Source: Narcine bancroftii | Taxonomy: Eukaryota | Direction: 5' to 3' | DNA length: 64,000 bases | NCBI RefSeq assembly: GCF_036971445.1 | Contig: NC_091472.1 | Span: 229,772,001-229,836,000 of the forward strand | Shown here: positions 62,456 through 64,000 of the stretch, one piece after another | How positions within the stretch are numbered: position 1 is the stretch's first letter | How the letters are laid out: every line of letters starts with the position of its first letter | Position numbers and translations under genes: made by a program | Notes under the pieces: model-generated | Databases searched by the model: none | What the model saw: the letters and a program-made list of their open reading frames with translations, nothing else | Told to the model about the DNA's origin: nothing

Positions 62456-63509
62456 TGTTTGTCCAGCTTGTTGACCGTGGGCAGAGGAACCAGCTGACAG
62501 GTGGGCTGTAAAACTTAATCCAAGTCTCATCATCATGTTTAGATTTGGTGGGTACGTGGTGAGATCAGGTTTCATTCTTTGGAATGTGAAATAATGAACT
62601 GACAGAGCTCAAGAAGTGATCTTCAGTAATTAGGAACACTCAAGTCAACTGAAAAAATTCTGGAATTCTTCAGCTTCAGCACATCACCAAATTTACAGGA
62701 ATATTCGGGTGTTTCCTGCAAGGTGCTGTTGGCAGACTAGCTAACAGGTCTTTGTGAAAGAAAAATATTGAGAGATTTAAACCATAAAATGTAGCAGCGA
62801 AAGTAGGCCATTCAGCCCATTAAGCCTGCCCTGCTATTTCATCATGGGCTGATCCATACTCCCACTTAGCTCAACTCCCCTACCTTCTTGCCGTAACCTT
62901 TGATACCTTGATTATTCAGACACATATCAATCTCTGCCTTAAATACACTTAACTAGTTGTGATGTGATTGATGATGGGGCAATGAGCGATTCAAGCAGTT
63001 GGATTGGATATGGGATGACAACTCCCGAATGTTCACAGCTGAGCTGGCGTTCCCATGCATTGAGGGCAGCATTGTTGTCAGAATCAGAATCTATTGTTGT
63101 TTTACAGCAGCATTATTGTGCCTTACAGATGCAAAAATTGTGAATTATATTAAGCAATGAAATTAGTGCAAAAGAAGAGAAAAAGCGAGGTCGTGCCTGT
63201 GTCCATTCAGAAGGTTGATGGTGCTCGTCTTCAGGCTCCTGTACCTCCTTCCTGATGGTAGCAGTGAGAAGAGGGCACGATCTGGGAGGGTCCTTGATGA
63301 TAGAGGCTGTTTTCTTGATTCACCACCTCTTGTCGATGTCCTTAATGGAGTGGACTGATGCACATATTGGCACTGGGCAAGTTCACAACCCTCTGTAGCC
63401 TTTTACTGTCCTGGGCATCGGCACCTCCACACCAAAACAGTTACGCCACCAGTCAGAATGCTCTCCACGGTACATCTGTAGAAATTTGCAAGCGTCTTTG
63501 GTGACGTAC

Positions 63510-63749
63510 TGTAGAGCTCGTCGAAAGAACCAAAGACTTGTTGATTCAAACCAAGGCTTTTATTAGCAAAAGACAGGAGCTCTTCACAGGTGGCCGACCA
63601 GTCCGGAATGATCTGACCTGGCTAGGGACACAACCCTTTAAGGCCCAGACAATAGGCGTGGCTTAGCTCTCAGCCAATCGCTGTAAGCACAGTCTAGATA
63701 CAGTAACTATATACACTATGTACATTGGTGATAGATCTGTACTATCACA
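63510..63749 (-). mobile_element. Solo LTR-like element
   Basis: TG...CA termini, near-TSD cgtac/cgtcc. Homologous to 42288-42518. Confidence 0.65.
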
Positions 63750-64000
63750 CGTCCCAAATCTCCTCACAAAATACAGAAATTCCCTGGGTTACGAACATTC
63801 GACTTACGGACAACTCGCACCTACGAACAAATTGTGTGCCCATTTCGTGCATGCGCATAATGTTACCTCATGGATGCCCATTCCTCTACATTGAGTAAGT
63901 GTTAACTTTAAATGACAATCATTTTTTATTTTTAATTTGTTTGCGTAGAAAGGTAAAATATATACTAGATACTAAGTGTTTGTACTATGACTAACTGATG

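Overview
Eukaryotic vertebrate DNA. The repeat content (CR1, L1, Rex/L2-like, Penelope, tRNA-derived SINEs) suggests a cartilaginous fish; this is inferred, not proven. The window holds a minus-strand tandem cluster of five paralogous multi-exon genes that the ORF track shows only in fragments. I rebuilt them by hand from GT-AG splice sites. Each encodes a signal peptide plus an SPP2 (secreted phosphoprotein 24)-like cystatin/cathelin-fold domain. Copy A is truncated by the window edge (exons 1-2 only). Copies B, C and D lie in a recent ~11 kb tandem triplication and carry an acidic tail built from six 45-nt phase-0 exons rich in S-x-E motifs, an architecture resembling SCPP proteins. In the diverged copy E, a 40-nt exon shifts the reading frame and turns the tail into a 23-aa, +9 cationic, Gly-terminated peptide, giving a cathelicidin-like layout. 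The rest is transposon debris, an 81-bp minisatellite and four N-runs.
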